NCBI GenBank assembly: GCA_045631185.1
Contig: JAZQUH010000039.1
Location: 9,522-73,521, forward strand
Direction: 5' to 3'
From: Alphaproteobacteria bacterium
GTDB taxonomy: Bacteria; Pseudomonadota; Alphaproteobacteria; CAAHEQ01; UBA3637
Length of the DNA: 64,000 nucleotides
The number at the start of each line of letters is the position of its first letter. Positions within the stretch are counted from its first letter, which is position 1. Under the pieces are notes generated by a model, which was not told the origin of the DNA, did not search any database, and was given only the letters and a program-made list of their open reading frames with translations. The position numbers were made by a program, and so were the translations under genes. This document shows, piece after piece, positions 48,521-60,007 of the stretch.

Positions 48521-50944
48521 TTATTTTACCACCAAATTGACCAAACGGCCGGGGACATAGATTTCTTTGACGATTTCTTTGTCCTGTAAAAAGTCTTTGA
48601 TTTGATCTTTTGCCATTTGAATTATGGTGTCTTTATCGGTTGTTTTGGCAACCTCAAAAGTGCCACGCAATTTGCCGTTTGTTTGGATGACAATCTTCAT
48701 ATCGTCCTTTACCAATGCGGCTTCATTGACTTTCGGCCATTGCTGATTGAATACCGAATAAGGATGTCCCAGTTTTTCCCACAATTCTTCACCCAAGTGC
48801 GGTGCAAAGGGGGCCAATAATAACACAAAGGTTTTAATGCAATCCATCAAAAATTCTTTATTCACTGGACCTGAAACATAATCGTTCAAAGCGTTCAAGT
48901 ATTCCATCATACGGGCCAAAGAAGTGTTAAATTGCATCACATCCATATCTTTGGTAACGGCACCGATAGTGGTGTTGCGAATGAAGTCCAATTTCTTTTC
49001 GTTGGCGGTCATTTCATTGACACTACTATCCATATTTTGTGCTTTTTCAATCAATGTTTCAATGCGTTTGACAAATCGCGCCATAGATTCCACGCCGTTT
49101 TCGTTCCACGGACCGCCATCTGTATAGGCAAAGGCGAATTCCAAGAACATACGGAACACGTCCGAACCATATTTTGAAATGCTGTCATCGGGGTTGATGG
49201 TGTTGCCTTTGGATTTGCTCATCTTTTGGCCGTCTGTTCCCAAAATCATGCCTTGATGCACCAAAGATGTAAAGGGTTCGTCAAAATCCAAATAGCCCAT
49301 ATCGCGTAATGCTTTTGTGAAAAAGCGTGCATAGAGTAAGTGCATGGTGGCGTGTTCTTGTCCACCCACATATTTATCCACCGGCAATAAACGATTGATT
49401 TTGTCTTTGTTAAAGACCTCTTTATCGTTTTTATTATCCGGATAACGCAGGAAATACCAGCTGGAATCCACAAAGGTATCCATGGTATCGGGATCACGTG
49501 TGGCATCCATACCACATTTGGGGCATTTGGTATGCATAAATTCAGCACAACGTTTTAATGGTGATTCACCATCGGGACGGAATTCCACATTTTCGGGCAA
49601 CCGTACAGGCAAATCAGATTCCGGCACAGCTACCGCCCCACAAATCGGACAATGAATGACGGGAATCGGGGCACCCCAATAACGTTGACGTGAAATCAAC
49701 CAATCACGTAAACGGAACATGGTTGTCAGTTTGCCATAGCCTGTTTTTTGTAATTTTTCCACAATGGCGGGAATGGCTTCTTCGGTTGTCATGCCTGAAA
49801 ATTCGGCCGAGTTGACCAATTTACCATGTTCACAGAAAGGTAAATCTTTTTCATTTCCGTCTTTATCCACAATGACGCGGGTAATGGGTAAATTGTATTT
49901 GCTGGCAAAATCAAAGTCGCGTTCATCATGGGCCGGAACAGCCATCACAAAACCTGTACCATAGGTGGCAATCACATAATCGGCGACCCATACCGGCACT
50001 TTACGTCCATCCACAGGGTTTGTGGCATAAGAACCCGTAAACACACCTGTGCGTTCACGTGAATCGGACATGCGGTCAATTTCTTTGACTTTTGCGGCTT
50101 CCGTCACATATTGTTCAATGGCCTGTTTTTGTTCGGGTTTGGTCAGTTGGGCAACCGCTGGATGTTCGGGGGCAATCACCACATAACTTAAACCATACAA
50201 AGTATCGGCACGTGTTGTAAAGGCCTGTAATTTCATACCGTTATCAATGTCAAAGGTAATCAAAGAACCATGTGATTTTCCAATCCAATTTTTTTGGATT
50301 TTCTTTGTTTTTTCGGGCCAATCCAAATTGTCAATATCCTTTAACAACTCTTCGGCGTAATCAGTGATTTTAAAGAACCACTGTTTCATTTTCTTTTGAA
50401 TGACAGGGGATTTGCAACGTTCACAATGACCGTCCACAACCTGTTCGTTGGCCAATACGGTTTGACAGCTGGTACACCAGTTAACGGCTGCTTCTTTTTG
50501 ATAAGCCAAGCCCCGTTCAAATAATTTTGTAAAAATCCATTGTGTCCATTTGTAATAATCTTCATCACAGGTGTTTAAAGTGTGATTCCAATCATAGGTG
50601 GCACCCATGCCCTTTAATTGTTCGGTCATTTTGGCAATGCTGGTTTTGGTTGTTTCCTTTGGGGGAACACCTGTCTTAATGGCATAGTTTTCGGCCGGCA
50701 AACCAAAAGCATCAAAGCCCATCGGATGAAATACATTAAATCCCTGCATACGTTTAAAACGTGCCCAAGAATCAACAGGGGCAAAGTTATACCAATGTCC
50801 GCAATGCAAATTGGCGGCCGATGGATATGAAAACATTTCCAAACAATAAATCTTTTTACCCGGATGATTTTCATCAAATTTATAAAGTTGAGTTTCATCC
50901 CATTTTTTTTGCCATTTTTTATCAATATCAACAGAATATGTCAT
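48521..50944 (-). CDS. leuS: Leucine--tRNA ligase
   Basis: HCGH (HIGH-like), [21 protein letters not shown]. Confidence 0.98.
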   Translation of the reverse strand: MTYSVDIDKKWQKKWDETQLYKFDENHPGKKIYCLEMFSYPSAANLHCGHWYNFAPVDSWARFKRMQGFNVFHPMGFDAFGLPAENYAIKTGVPPKETTKTSIAKMTEQLKGMGATYDWNHTLNTCDEDYYKWTQWIFTKLFERGLAYQKEAAVNWCTSCQTVLANEQVVDGHCERCKSPVIQKKMKQWFFKITDYAEELLKDIDNLDWPEKTKKIQKNWIGKSHGSLITFDIDNGMKLQAFTTRADTLYGLSYVVIAPEHPAVAQLTKPEQKQAIEQYVTEAAKVKEIDRMSDSRERTGVFTGSYATNPVDGRKVPVWVADYVIATYGTGFVMAVPAHDERDFDFASKYNLPITRVIVDKDGNEKDLPFCEHGKLVNSAEFSGMTTEEAIPAIVEKLQKTGYGKLTTMFRLRDWLISRQRYWGAPIPVIHCPICGAVAVPESDLPVRLPENVEFRPDGESPLKRCAEFMHTKCPKCGMDATRDPDTMDTFVDSSWYFLRYPDNKNDKEVFNKDKINRLLPVDKYVGGQEHATMHLLYARFFTKALRDMGYLDFDEPFTSLVHQGMILGTDGQKMSKSKGNTINPDDSISKYGSDVFRMFLEFAFAYTDGGPWNENGVESMARFVKRIETLIEKAQNMDSSVNEMTANEKKLDFIRNTTIGAVTKDMDVMQFNTSLARMMEYLNALNDYVSGPVNKEFLMDCIKTFVLLLAPFAPHLGEELWEKLGHPYSVFNQQWPKVNEAALVKDDMKIVIQTNGKLRGTFEVAKTTDKDTIIQMAKDQIKDFLQDKEIVKEIYVPGRLVNLVVK

Positions 50945-51016
50945 TTTGTTTACCTTTCGTTATTAAAAATAATTTTCGGGTATTATAGCGGATTTTATGA
51001 AAAAAATCCAGTTTTT

Positions 51017-53503
51017 TTAAGCGTCTAAAATTTTACCCACAATTTCGCGCGTGGCATCGGACAATTTTGCGGTTTCCCGCAATCGGGTCAATAACTTTTG
51101 CGCATAGTGTTTTAAATCATGTGGCATTTTGGCGCTGTTTTTAAAGTTTTTGGCCAAAGTTGCCGCCATATGTGGGTTTAATCCGTCCAATTGTTGAATG
51201 ACATCAATAATTAAATCATAGCCGGCCCGTGTTTGAAAGGCGATTGTATTATTGCAAAATACACCCAATAAAGCACGCACTTTATTTGGATTTTTAATAT
51301 CAAACTTGGGATGATTCATTAAACGTTTAATCACACCCACCGTTTCGGCCACAGGATCGGATGCTTGAACCATAAACCATCGGTTAAAGGGCAGGGCATC
51401 ATTTTCATATCTTTTGTAAAAATCATCCAATGCTTCATTGGCTTTGGGATGATGATAATGTACCAAACAAATTAAAGCTTCGGTTAAATCCGTAAAGTTG
51501 TTGGCCTGATTATATTGTTGCCATGCGGTATCGGATTGATTGGTTAAACTTAAATATCCCAACAAAACATTTTTTAATGCACGTTTGCCCATTTGATCGG
51601 GTGTAATTTGGTATTCATTGTTATCCGACATTTGGTTGTATAAATCAAAGATATCGTCTTGATAGGTGTCGGCAAAATGTTGGCGTATCAAATGACGCAC
51701 CGATTGCAATTGTTCAGGATTGACATGCTTTAAGTTGTTGATGATTTCGGCATCAGATGGTAATTTTAACATCCATGATTTTAACATGTTGTCAATGGGG
51801 GCCTTTAAACATCCGCCCATCATTTTTATCAAAGTATCATCGGATGCAGGGGTATCGCTTTTCAAAATATTCAAAATGCTGTCCAACATGTATTGGTGCA
51901 TAACCTGATATCGGTTAAATAAATCCGCATCAAATTGGATTAAATGTTCGCGCTGGGCCAAAGTATAATTGATGTTGATATCTGCTATGGCCGAAAAACC
52001 ACGATTGATGGATAAGACGGGTTCTTCAATCACATCAAAAGTAAAAGTTTTTTCAGTTTCATCCAAAATCAACGTGCCGTTTAACAAATCCGTTCCGTCT
52101 TTGGCCACCAAACCATAGGCCAAAGGAATCATCAACGGTTGCTTTGTGCGTGGATGAGATTGTTCCATATGCACGGTGAAGGTATTGTTTTCATAATGTG
52201 TTTGAATATTGATTATGGGGCGACCAGGCACTTGATACCACAGCATAAATTGACTTAAATCCATACATGAAGCATCCTCTATGGCGCGCACAAAATCTTC
52301 AATTTCAACCGCTTGACCGTCATGGCGTGAAAAATACAAACGACATCCGGCCATAAAGTTATCCCGTCCCACCACTTCACGCATCATGCGAATAACTTCG
52401 GCCCCTTTTTCGTAAATGGTGGCGGTATAAAAATTATCCACTGATTCGGCCTGTTCCAACATAATGGGATGTGCCAAAGGTCCGTCATCTTCGGGATATT
52501 GAATTTGTTTCAATGTGGCCACATCATCAATTCGTTGACAAACACCATAAACATCATGGGCATATTCGGTATGGCGATAAACGGTTAAACTTTCCTTTAA
52601 CGACAGATGAAACCAATTTTTCAATGTTACCCGATCGCCTGAATAATTATGAAAATATTCGTGGGCAATCGTGGCATCAATGCCCTGATAGGCCCAATCG
52701 GTCGTTGTCATGGGATTTGCCAATAATACATTGTCGTTAAAAATGTTCAACGATTTATTTTCCATGGCCCCAAAGTTAAAGTGTGATACGGCAACAATAG
52801 AAAAACGATTTAAATCATATTCAAGGCCAAAGACATCTTCATCCCAATGCATGGCACGTTTTAACGCTTCCATGGCAAAGGTCAGACGTTCTTTTTTGCC
52901 TTCTTCACAATACAAATACAGATCCACTTTTTTATTGTTTTTGGTGGTGTAAGAATCCTGTAAGACATCCAATTTTCCCGCCACTAAAGCAAATAAATAA
53001 CAGGGCTTGGCAAATGGGTCTTCAAATGTAATTTGATGATCATCTTCAAAAATGATATTGCCGTTGGATAAACGCACGGGATAATCTTTTTTATCGGCCA
53101 CGATGGTGCATGTGTATTGGCTCATCACATCGGGATGGTCTGGGTAAAAGGTGATATAACGAAAGCCTTCGGCCTCATTTTGCGTGGTAAACAAACCGCT
53201 GGCGATATACAGCCCCATCAATTGAGTGTTTTCTTTTGGATTGATTTGCACTTCGGTTTTTAAAACAAAATCTTTGGCCGGTGGCATAAAACTCAAACCT
53301 TTTGAATTTTGTTCATATTCGTCCAAATTGATGGAAATCAGCTTTAATTGAACACCGTTTAAAAAAATCGGTTGATTTAATTGACAGTTTTGAAAATACA
53401 ATTCGGCAAATACCTTTGTTTGTGTCGGATGTAACACAAAGGTCAATTTTGTTTTGGGTAATTCAAAGGTTGGTTTTTGATAGTCTTTACGAAAAATGGT
53501 CAT
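51017..53503 (-). CDS. pepN: Aminopeptidase N
   Basis: GAMENK, HEYFH..KE, YEKGAE. Confidence 0.96.
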   Translation of the reverse strand: MTIFRKDYQKPTFELPKTKLTFVLHPTQTKVFAELYFQNCQLNQPIFLNGVQLKLISINLDEYEQNSKGLSFMPPAKDFVLKTEVQINPKENTQLMGLYIASGLFTTQNEAEGFRYITFYPDHPDVMSQYTCTIVADKKDYPVRLSNGNIIFEDDHQITFEDPFAKPCYLFALVAGKLDVLQDSYTTKNNKKVDLYLYCEEGKKERLTFAMEALKRAMHWDEDVFGLEYDLNRFSIVAVSHFNFGAMENKSLNIFNDNVLLANPMTTTDWAYQGIDATIAHEYFHNYSGDRVTLKNWFHLSLKESLTVYRHTEYAHDVYGVCQRIDDVATLKQIQYPEDDGPLAHPIMLEQAESVDNFYTATIYEKGAEVIRMMREVVGRDNFMAGCRLYFSRHDGQAVEIEDFVRAIEDASCMDLSQFMLWYQVPGRPIINIQTHYENNTFTVHMEQSHPRTKQPLMIPLAYGLVAKDGTDLLNGTLILDETEKTFTFDVIEEPVLSINRGFSAIADININYTLAQREHLIQFDADLFNRYQVMHQYMLDSILNILKSDTPASDDTLIKMMGGCLKAPIDNMLKSWMLKLPSDAEIINNLKHVNPEQLQSVRHLIRQHFADTYQDDIFDLYNQMSDNNEYQITPDQMGKRALKNVLLGYLSLTNQSDTAWQQYNQANNFTDLTEALICLVHYHHPKANEALDDFYKRYENDALPFNRWFMVQASDPVAETVGVIKRLMNHPKFDIKNPNKVRALLGVFCNNTIAFQTRAGYDLIIDVIQQLDGLNPHMAATLAKNFKNSAKMPHDLKHYAQKLLTRLRETAKLSDATREIVGKILDA

Positions 53504-54138
53504 TTTAATCTTGCCCGCCAATATTGTTCACGTTCTATGTTTTTGGGGAATCCGCCAAAACCGCCATGATAAATGGAAATCAAGCTTTTAACGGCATTTT
53601 TGATGCCGGCCTGGGCCGCTTGTTCATATAAAACCACTGCTTTTTTTGTATCAGGTTCGCCAAAATATCCCCGTTCAATCCAAACGGCCAAAGCATATTT
53701 TGCCTCAGGCATTGTTTGGGCGGCTTTTGTCATATAATCTTTGGCTTTTTCACGATTTTCTTTGACTTTATCACCGGCATCATACAGTAAAGCCAAAGTG
53801 TACAAAGCTGTTGGAGATTTTAATCGTGCCGCTTCTTCATAATAAAAAACGGCTTTTGCCATATTGACGGGTACATCTTTGGCCCCGTGATGGTAAAGGC
53901 TTGCCAAATGCAATGCACTGAATAAGCGAATTTCGCTGTCTTGACTTTTTTGAGCCATTACCAGATGCGATATAGCACGGCGTGGATTTTCGTTTAATAA
54001 TTCCAATCCATCCACAAAGTGCATGTCGGGTGTATAATTCCATGAACGCAACAAAATTGATCCGATACCAATCAAACAGATTAGGGTGATAAAGAAAAGG
54101 CTATAACGTTTTTTTGCCGATAAAGTTTTATGTGTCAT
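53500..54138 (-). CDS. Sel1-repeat membrane-anchored protein
   Basis: N-terminal TM; repeated A..L...Y..G.....A..YY..AA. Confidence 0.85.
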   Translation of the reverse strand: MTHKTLSAKKRYSLFFITLICLIGIGSILLRSWNYTPDMHFVDGLELLNENPRRAISHLVMAQKSQDSEIRLFSALHLASLYHHGAKDVPVNMAKAVFYYEEAARLKSPTALYTLALLYDAGDKVKENREKAKDYMTKAAQTMPEAKYALAVWIERGYFGEPDTKKAVVLYEQAAQAGIKNAVKSLISIYHGGFGGFPKNIEREQYWRARLK

Positions 54139-54206
54139 TTTCTCTCCTTTACAAAAGCTTAAAAACAGTGTACACTAACCTTGATAAAAAAACAAGGGGC
54201 TTTTTG

Positions 54207-55391
54207 ATGAAATGGTCAGAATTTGAAAACAAAAAAGTGGGTATATGGGGGATGGGTCGTGAAGGTCAATCCGTTTTAAAGGCTTTAAAAAAACATGTAG
54301 CCCAATGCCAAATCATTGAAATTGATGAAGAAAATTTAAATTTATTGGATGATTGTCAAATTGTTGTTAAATCCCCCGGTGTATCATTATATCGGGATGA
54401 AATTAAGCGCGCCAAAGAAAAAGGTATTATCATTACATCCGCCACGAATATATTTATGGCGAATAAAAATCCAAAATCAAAGGTTATTTGTGTTACGGGA
54501 ACCAAAGGTAAAAGTACAACATCATCATTGTTGGCACATACGTTAAAGGTTTTGGGGTATTCGGTATGTTTTGGCGGTAATATCGGTAAGCCTTTATTGG
54601 ATTTTGTGGATGAAACGCCTGATTTTTTTGTGGCCGAAACATCCAGCTATCAATGTGCTGATTTTGTTGGCCAACCCGATTTGGGGATTATGGTGGCGCT
54701 TTATTCGGCGCACTTACCCTGGCACGGATCATTGGTGCAATATCATAAAGATAAGATGAATATGATTTTACAAAGCCGACAAACAATAGATATTCGTTCT
54801 TTGGATGTTCGGGGGCAAGATGGATATTTTTATAATCATTCGGAACGATTGTTTTCGGTGGATGCTTTGCCCTTATATGGCGCGCATAATCGGGAAAATG
54901 CCTGTGTTGTTTTACAGGCGATCAAAACGTTGGATTTGAATTTAAAAGAGTGTGAAAAAGCTTTTCAAAGTTTTGAACCTTTGGCGCATCGCCTGCAAAA
55001 AGTGGGACAAATAAACGGTGTTTTATACATCAATGATTCCATTGCGACATTGCCCGAATCCGTGATAGTGGCTTTGGATACCTTTGCTGACCGACCGATT
55101 ACTTTAATTGTTGGCGGATGGGATGGCGGTTATGATTATACGGCTTTGGATAAAATGATAACAGAACGTAAAATTTTGGCCTTGGCATTGCCCGACACAG
55201 GGGCAAAAATAAATACGCCTTATCATGTGGCGAATATGGCTGAAGCCGTTCGATTGGCGTATGAAAAGACACCTTTGGGCGGGGTTGTTTTGATGTCCCC
55301 GGGTGCCCCCAGTTATAACCAGTATAAAAACTTTGAAGAACGTGGTGAAGATTTTATTAAATTCGTTGAAAATTTGAAAGATAAGGAATAA
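54207..55391 (+). CDS. murD: UDP-MurNAc-L-Ala--glutamate ligase (MurD, MurD2-like)
   Basis: VTGTKGKSTT, ETSSYQ, HRLQ, INDS, SPGAPSY..FEERG. Confidence 0.9.
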   Translation: MKWSEFENKKVGIWGMGREGQSVLKALKKHVAQCQIIEIDEENLNLLDDCQIVVKSPGVSLYRDEIKRAKEKGIIITSATNIFMANKNPKSKVICVTGTKGKSTTSSLLAHTLKVLGYSVCFGGNIGKPLLDFVDETPDFFVAETSSYQCADFVGQPDLGIMVALYSAHLPWHGSLVQYHKDKMNMILQSRQTIDIRSLDVRGQDGYFYNHSERLFSVDALPLYGAHNRENACVVLQAIKTLDLNLKECEKAFQSFEPLAHRLQKVGQINGVLYINDSIATLPESVIVALDTFADRPITLIVGGWDGGYDYTALDKMITERKILALALPDTGAKINTPYHVANMAEAVRLAYEKTPLGGVVLMSPGAPSYNQYKNFEERGEDFIKFVENLKDKE

Positions 55392-55393
55392 AA

Positions 55394-56116
55394 ATGACAT
55401 TAAAAGTTGAACAATTTAATTCACAGGGTACACCTCAATTCTCAACAGATTTGATCCGTTTTTTATATTCGGATGCCAATAAAAGAATTCAACTTTCTTT
55501 TTTGTGTAACCCCCAGGTATTTATTATGCCGACGAAGCAAAATGATGGTTTGATTCGTATAAATCGTCAAAAAAAAATTGCTCTTAAAAAAAATGGAGTC
55601 TTTACTTATGGGGCATGGCCACAAGACAGAGTGTCCCCTATTCAATCAAAAAAATTAAATCAAATGATAAGGAATCGTCAGATTAGACAGTCTGGGCATT
55701 ATTATGATTTGGCCGGTCAAGCGTGCCATGAATATGAATTAAAAGAAAAAAGATATGTATTTATTCCAAAAGAAAGTGTTTGGTTTGAAGTGAAACCCAT
55801 TGAATGGATTTATGATTTTAAAACAAATACTGTCCATTCTGTCAGGGCGATTTGGTCAAAAGATGAATTATCATCCAAGAATCTGGAAGCTTTTGGTTGG
55901 CAAGCTTTACAATCTAATAAATTAATTCTGCAGCTTCAAAATAATTCCTCCCAAAATCAATCACAAACACTGCGTGATATTGAATCGGATATGCTTCACG
56001 CTGTTCGTTTTTTGCGTGACAAGGAAAAAGAAAACGGAATTGTTGGTGGAAAAGGACAAAAAATACTTGATATGATACGTGGACAATTTTATAAAAATAA
56101 ACTGAAAGGAAAATAA
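55394..56116 (+). CDS. Hypothetical protein
   Basis: Motifs TYGAWPQ and WFEVKPIEW; function unknown. Confidence 0.7.
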   Translation: MTLKVEQFNSQGTPQFSTDLIRFLYSDANKRIQLSFLCNPQVFIMPTKQNDGLIRINRQKKIALKKNGVFTYGAWPQDRVSPIQSKKLNQMIRNRQIRQSGHYYDLAGQACHEYELKEKRYVFIPKESVWFEVKPIEWIYDFKTNTVHSVRAIWSKDELSSKNLEAFGWQALQSNKLILQLQNNSSQNQSQTLRDIESDMLHAVRFLRDKEKENGIVGGKGQKILDMIRGQFYKNKLKGK

Positions 56117-56746
56117 ATGACAAAGAAAAAAATAAAAACAAAGCATACAATGAAAACTTATCTTTTAACGGGCGTATTGGTGATGGCACCTGTGGCGATT
56201 ACGCTTTATTTGGCCATGTGGCTGTTTCGTTTAATGGACGGTTGGGCCAAATACCTGATACCCGAAAAATATGCCGAATATTTGCCCTATGGTGTGCCGG
56301 GATTGGGAATTTGCTTGTTGTTTTTATCTTTGGTTTTGGTGGGCATGTTCACCACAAATTATGTGGGGCGCTGGGCGGTTAAAACAGGACAAAAGATTTT
56401 AGCTCGGGTTCCTGTGATATCGGGCATTTACAGTGCCATAAAAAAAGTTTTTGAAACATTGATGGGTGATGGCGGTTCTCAATCATTTCGTCAGGCTGTT
56501 TTAATTGAATATCCCCGTAAAGGTTTGTGGACGATTGCTTTTGTGACGGCACCTGTTTATAAGGGGATGAAAAAATATCTGCCCAACGATATGATAACCG
56601 TTTATGTGCCAACCACACCCAACCCGACATCGGGCTTTATGATTTATGTGGCCAAAAAAGACATTAAGGAATTGGATATTCCTGTGGAAGAAGCTTTAAA
56701 GATGGTTTTGTCTATGGGGATTGTGAATCCGACAAAAAAGCCTTAA
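56117..56746 (+). CDS. DUF502 membrane protein
   Basis: EYPRKG; VPTTPNPTSG. Confidence 0.92.
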   Translation: MTKKKIKTKHTMKTYLLTGVLVMAPVAITLYLAMWLFRLMDGWAKYLIPEKYAEYLPYGVPGLGICLLFLSLVLVGMFTTNYVGRWAVKTGQKILARVPVISGIYSAIKKVFETLMGDGGSQSFRQAVLIEYPRKGLWTIAFVTAPVYKGMKKYLPNDMITVYVPTTPNPTSGFMIYVAKKDIKELDIPVEEALKMVLSMGIVNPTKKP

Positions 56747-57677
56747 GGTTATCCAAATCCCGTGAGATCAGGGCTTTTTTATAAAGGCTGGTATTGGGTT
56801 CACCCCGATAAAGCCCCATCATGTGAGGAATAATTCGGGTGATGCGTTTATAATTTTTTTGCATATAAGGAATCATTTTTTCCAATACTTCTTCACGTGA
56901 TAAAATGGGGTAATTGTCACCATAAAACATTTTATCCACATCCCTTAATTCATAGGGGTGACCATAGGCCCAACGCCCAATCATCACACCATCCACATGG
57001 TTTAAATGTTCTTGGGCTTCCGTTAAAGACAATACATTACCGTTGATGGAAATCGGCATATCGGGAAAAGATTTTTTTAACTTGTAAACCAAATCATAAT
57101 TGATAGGTAAACGCAACCTGTTTTCCTTTGGACGCCAATTCAATTTTGCCTGACGGGCGTGAACGATTAAATGGCTGCATCCGGCTTTTTTAACCAAGTC
57201 CGCCAAATGAAATAATTCTTTCCATCCATCCCCGCCGACATCCGATAATGAAATGCGTGTTTTAACCGAAACAGGTAAACGTGATGCACCACACATTTCG
57301 GCCACACAATCGGCAATCACTTCGGGTGTTTTCATTAAAATGGCCCCGAATTTACCCGATTGAACACGTTGGCTGGGGCATCCGGCATTGATGTTGATGC
57401 CTTCATACCCCCAACTTTCGGCCATTTTGGCACATTGGGCCATCAATTTGGGTTCGCTCCCACCTACTTGTAAAATCAAGGGGTGTTCTTCGGGATTATA
57501 ATCCAATAATAATTCTTTATTGCGTCCTAAAATTAGGGCAGGGCAGGCCACCATTTCCGTATATAATGTGGCGTGATGTGTGATGAACCGTAAAAAATAT
57601 CGGTAGTGCCGATCTGTCCAATCCAACATTGGGGCAATGGATATCTTTTGCGAAAATAATTGATTTTTTTGTGTCAT
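56712..57677 (-). CDS. dusA: tRNA dihydrouridine synthase A
   Basis: APMLDWTDRH, NAGCPS, VHAR, GVMIGR. Confidence 0.94.
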   Translation of the reverse strand: MTQKNQLFSQKISIAPMLDWTDRHYRYFLRFITHHATLYTEMVACPALILGRNKELLLDYNPEEHPLILQVGGSEPKLMAQCAKMAESWGYEGININAGCPSQRVQSGKFGAILMKTPEVIADCVAEMCGASRLPVSVKTRISLSDVGGDGWKELFHLADLVKKAGCSHLIVHARQAKLNWRPKENRLRLPINYDLVYKLKKSFPDMPISINGNVLSLTEAQEHLNHVDGVMIGRWAYGHPYELRDVDKMFYGDNYPILSREEVLEKMIPYMQKNYKRITRIIPHMMGLYRGEPNTSLYKKALISRDLDNLKAFLSDSQSP

Positions 57678-57722
57678 TGCTATATAATAGCATAAAATCA
57701 AAAAAAAAGAAAGGACCAAAAA

Positions 57723-57944
57723 ATGACTTTAACCGAAACAGAAATAAATAAAATCCAACAATATTTGCGCCAATTGTTTTGGAATCCGGATATTACTTTG
57801 CATCCGGGCAGTGCCAAAGACAGTCCGGCCGAAGTTTATATCGGTAAAGAATTTGTGGGTGTTATTTACAAAAATGATGATGACGGTGAAATTTCATTTG
57901 ATTGGAATATGTCCATTTTAAGTGATGATATTGAACAATTTTAA
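57723..57944 (+). CDS. DUF3126 family protein
   Basis: AEVYIGKEFVGVIY..DDGE. Confidence 0.85.
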   Translation: MTLTETEINKIQQYLRQLFWNPDITLHPGSAKDSPAEVYIGKEFVGVIYKNDDDGEISFDWNMSILSDDIEQF

Positions 57945-57947
57945 GGT

Positions 57948-58985
57948 ATGAAAACATCGCTTTTTAATTTTGATTTGCCCGAACATTTGATTGCAAATCG
58001 GCCCGTTGAACCGCGTGATATAGCCCGTTTATTACACATTGACGGGATGAATCTGGTGGATAAAACGATGCTGGATTTGCCAAATTTGTTGCGTTCGGAT
58101 GATGTTTTGGTATTTAACAATACCAAAGTGATACCGGCTCGTTTATATGGTGTTCGGGGTCAGGCCAAAATTGAAATGACTTTGTTTAAACAGGTGGATT
58201 TATCCACGTGGGAAACGTTGATTAAAAATGCTCGCCGATTACATGTTGACGATATAATTGTTTTTGATGATAAATTAAATGCCAAAGTTTTGGAAAAATT
58301 ACCAAATGGTCCAGTGGTAGTTCAATTTAATTTATCGGGTGGGGATTTATTTGCCTATTTACACCAAGTGGGCACAATGCCTTTACCACCTTATATCAAA
58401 CGTTTATGGGGTGGTCAGGTTTCCGATAAAGCCGATTATCAAACCATTTACGCTCATCACGAAGGGGCTGTTGCTGCCCCAACGGCAGGTTTGCATTTTA
58501 CCAAACGGTTGTTTGATGCATTGGATAAAAAAGGGATTCAACGTGAATTTATTACCTTACATGTGGGGGGCGGAACTTTTTTGCCGGTGAAGGTGGAGGA
58601 TACCGAACAACACAAAATGCATGCCGAATATGGCATAATTACATCGGATGTGGCCGAACGATTAAATGAATATAAAAAACAAGGTCGCCGGATTATCCCT
58701 GTGGGAACAACCTCTTTGCGTTTATTGGAATCGGCCACAGATGGAAAAGGCGTTTTGCAACCTTTTGCCCGTGAAACGTCTATTTTTATTACACCTGGAT
58801 ACCGCTTTAAATTTATTGATGCTCTGTTTACCAATTTCCATACACCCGAATCCACTTTGTTTATGTTGGTCAGTGCATTGGCCGGTTTGGATGAAATGCA
58901 TCATGCATATAAACATGCCGTAGAAAAAGAGTATCGTTTCTTTTCCTACGGCGATGCGTGTTTGATTGAAAAAAAGATTATTTAA
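57948..58985 (+). CDS. queA: SAM:tRNA ribosyltransferase-isomerase
   Basis: PLPPYI, AAPTAGLHF, FSYGDA. Confidence 0.97.
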   Translation: MKTSLFNFDLPEHLIANRPVEPRDIARLLHIDGMNLVDKTMLDLPNLLRSDDVLVFNNTKVIPARLYGVRGQAKIEMTLFKQVDLSTWETLIKNARRLHVDDIIVFDDKLNAKVLEKLPNGPVVVQFNLSGGDLFAYLHQVGTMPLPPYIKRLWGGQVSDKADYQTIYAHHEGAVAAPTAGLHFTKRLFDALDKKGIQREFITLHVGGGTFLPVKVEDTEQHKMHAEYGIITSDVAERLNEYKKQGRRIIPVGTTSLRLLESATDGKGVLQPFARETSIFITPGYRFKFIDALFTNFHTPESTLFMLVSALAGLDEMHHAYKHAVEKEYRFFSYGDACLIEKKII

Positions 58986-59745
58986 TCAATTTTTTCTTTT
59001 TATGTTCTGTTGTTTTTGTTTCATTATTGCCGATAAAGGCTTCCAAGTTCATCAAGGCAATCGCCAAAACAAAGGCGATAATCCATTGAATAAACAACGG
59101 AACCGGCCAACCGTAGATGGTTAAAACAGGTAAGGCATAACCGAAATAACCGGCGGCAAAATCAATGATTAAAACAATCAACATAGCGACCATGGCTGAA
59201 CGCCAAGCACTGTGTGTTGGGGCAACTTTCCCATATTTTTTCATCAATAAACCAACCAGTGCGTTAAAGCCCACCAAGATTAAATAGAAAGCCCATAGCA
59301 CAGCCATGTAAATTAATGCAATAACAACGGGTACCCAAGTGATGAGATAGGCCAGGAATTGATGAATTTTTTGAGGAGTAATTACACCTTCATCCGGTAA
59401 TTCGATTTGTGATAATGTGTTACCTTGGATAAAAACAGTGACTGCTTTTCGGGTGATATAAATACCATCCTGAATAGCCCCAACCCCAACATAATCACGA
59501 TCTGTTTGGATATACAAAAACGGTATATCGCCCAAAGTACGAGAAGCGTTCATGTTAACGGGTTCAACGACTGTTTCATCTTTGATGACAATTGTTGGTA
59601 TTGAATCAACAAAACTGGTAAATATCGGATTTTGAAAGGTGGTTTTTAATATATTGGAACTGGCCCACCAAATTAATCCAGAAATAAACAGATTGAAAAT
59701 TAAAACAACAATCAAACCACGGCTTTTCATTTTTAATAAGTTCAT
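58978..59745 (-). CDS. Membrane protein (DUF1189-like)
   Basis: One TM segment, a soluble loop, then several TM segments. Confidence 0.6.
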   Translation of the reverse strand: MNLLKMKSRGLIVVLIFNLFISGLIWWASSNILKTTFQNPIFTSFVDSIPTIVIKDETVVEPVNMNASRTLGDIPFLYIQTDRDYVGVGAIQDGIYITRKAVTVFIQGNTLSQIELPDEGVITPQKIHQFLAYLITWVPVVIALIYMAVLWAFYLILVGFNALVGLLMKKYGKVAPTHSAWRSAMVAMLIVLIIDFAAGYFGYALPVLTIYGWPVPLFIQWIIAFVLAIALMNLEAFIGNNETKTTEHKKKKLIK

Positions 59746-59804
59746 TTTTTCCTCCTTTTAAAATATACTTATAATTAGCGTTTTATTTTTTCAATTGTCA
59801 AGAC

Positions 59805-59993
59805 CTATTGAAACAAAGCTTTTTCCAATTGTTCAATTTCATCTTTTAATGAAAGTTTGTGCTTTTTGTATTGGGCTACTAAAAAAGAATCCGGTTGGGG
59901 GCGTTCTTGTTCCGCTTTTAACAATTTATCCCATTCGGCATGCTTTAATTTTAATAAAGCCAAATATTCCATAGCTGTTGTTGGTTCTGTCAT
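59805..59993 (-). CDS. DUF465/YdcH family protein
   Basis: KHAEWD..E..RP.PD..KKHKLSLKDEI. Confidence 0.85.
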   Translation of the reverse strand: MTEPTTAMEYLALLKLKHAEWDKLLKAEQERPQPDSFLVAQYKKHKLSLKDEIEQLEKALFQ

Positions 59994-60007
59994 TTTATCT
60001 CCTTTAA

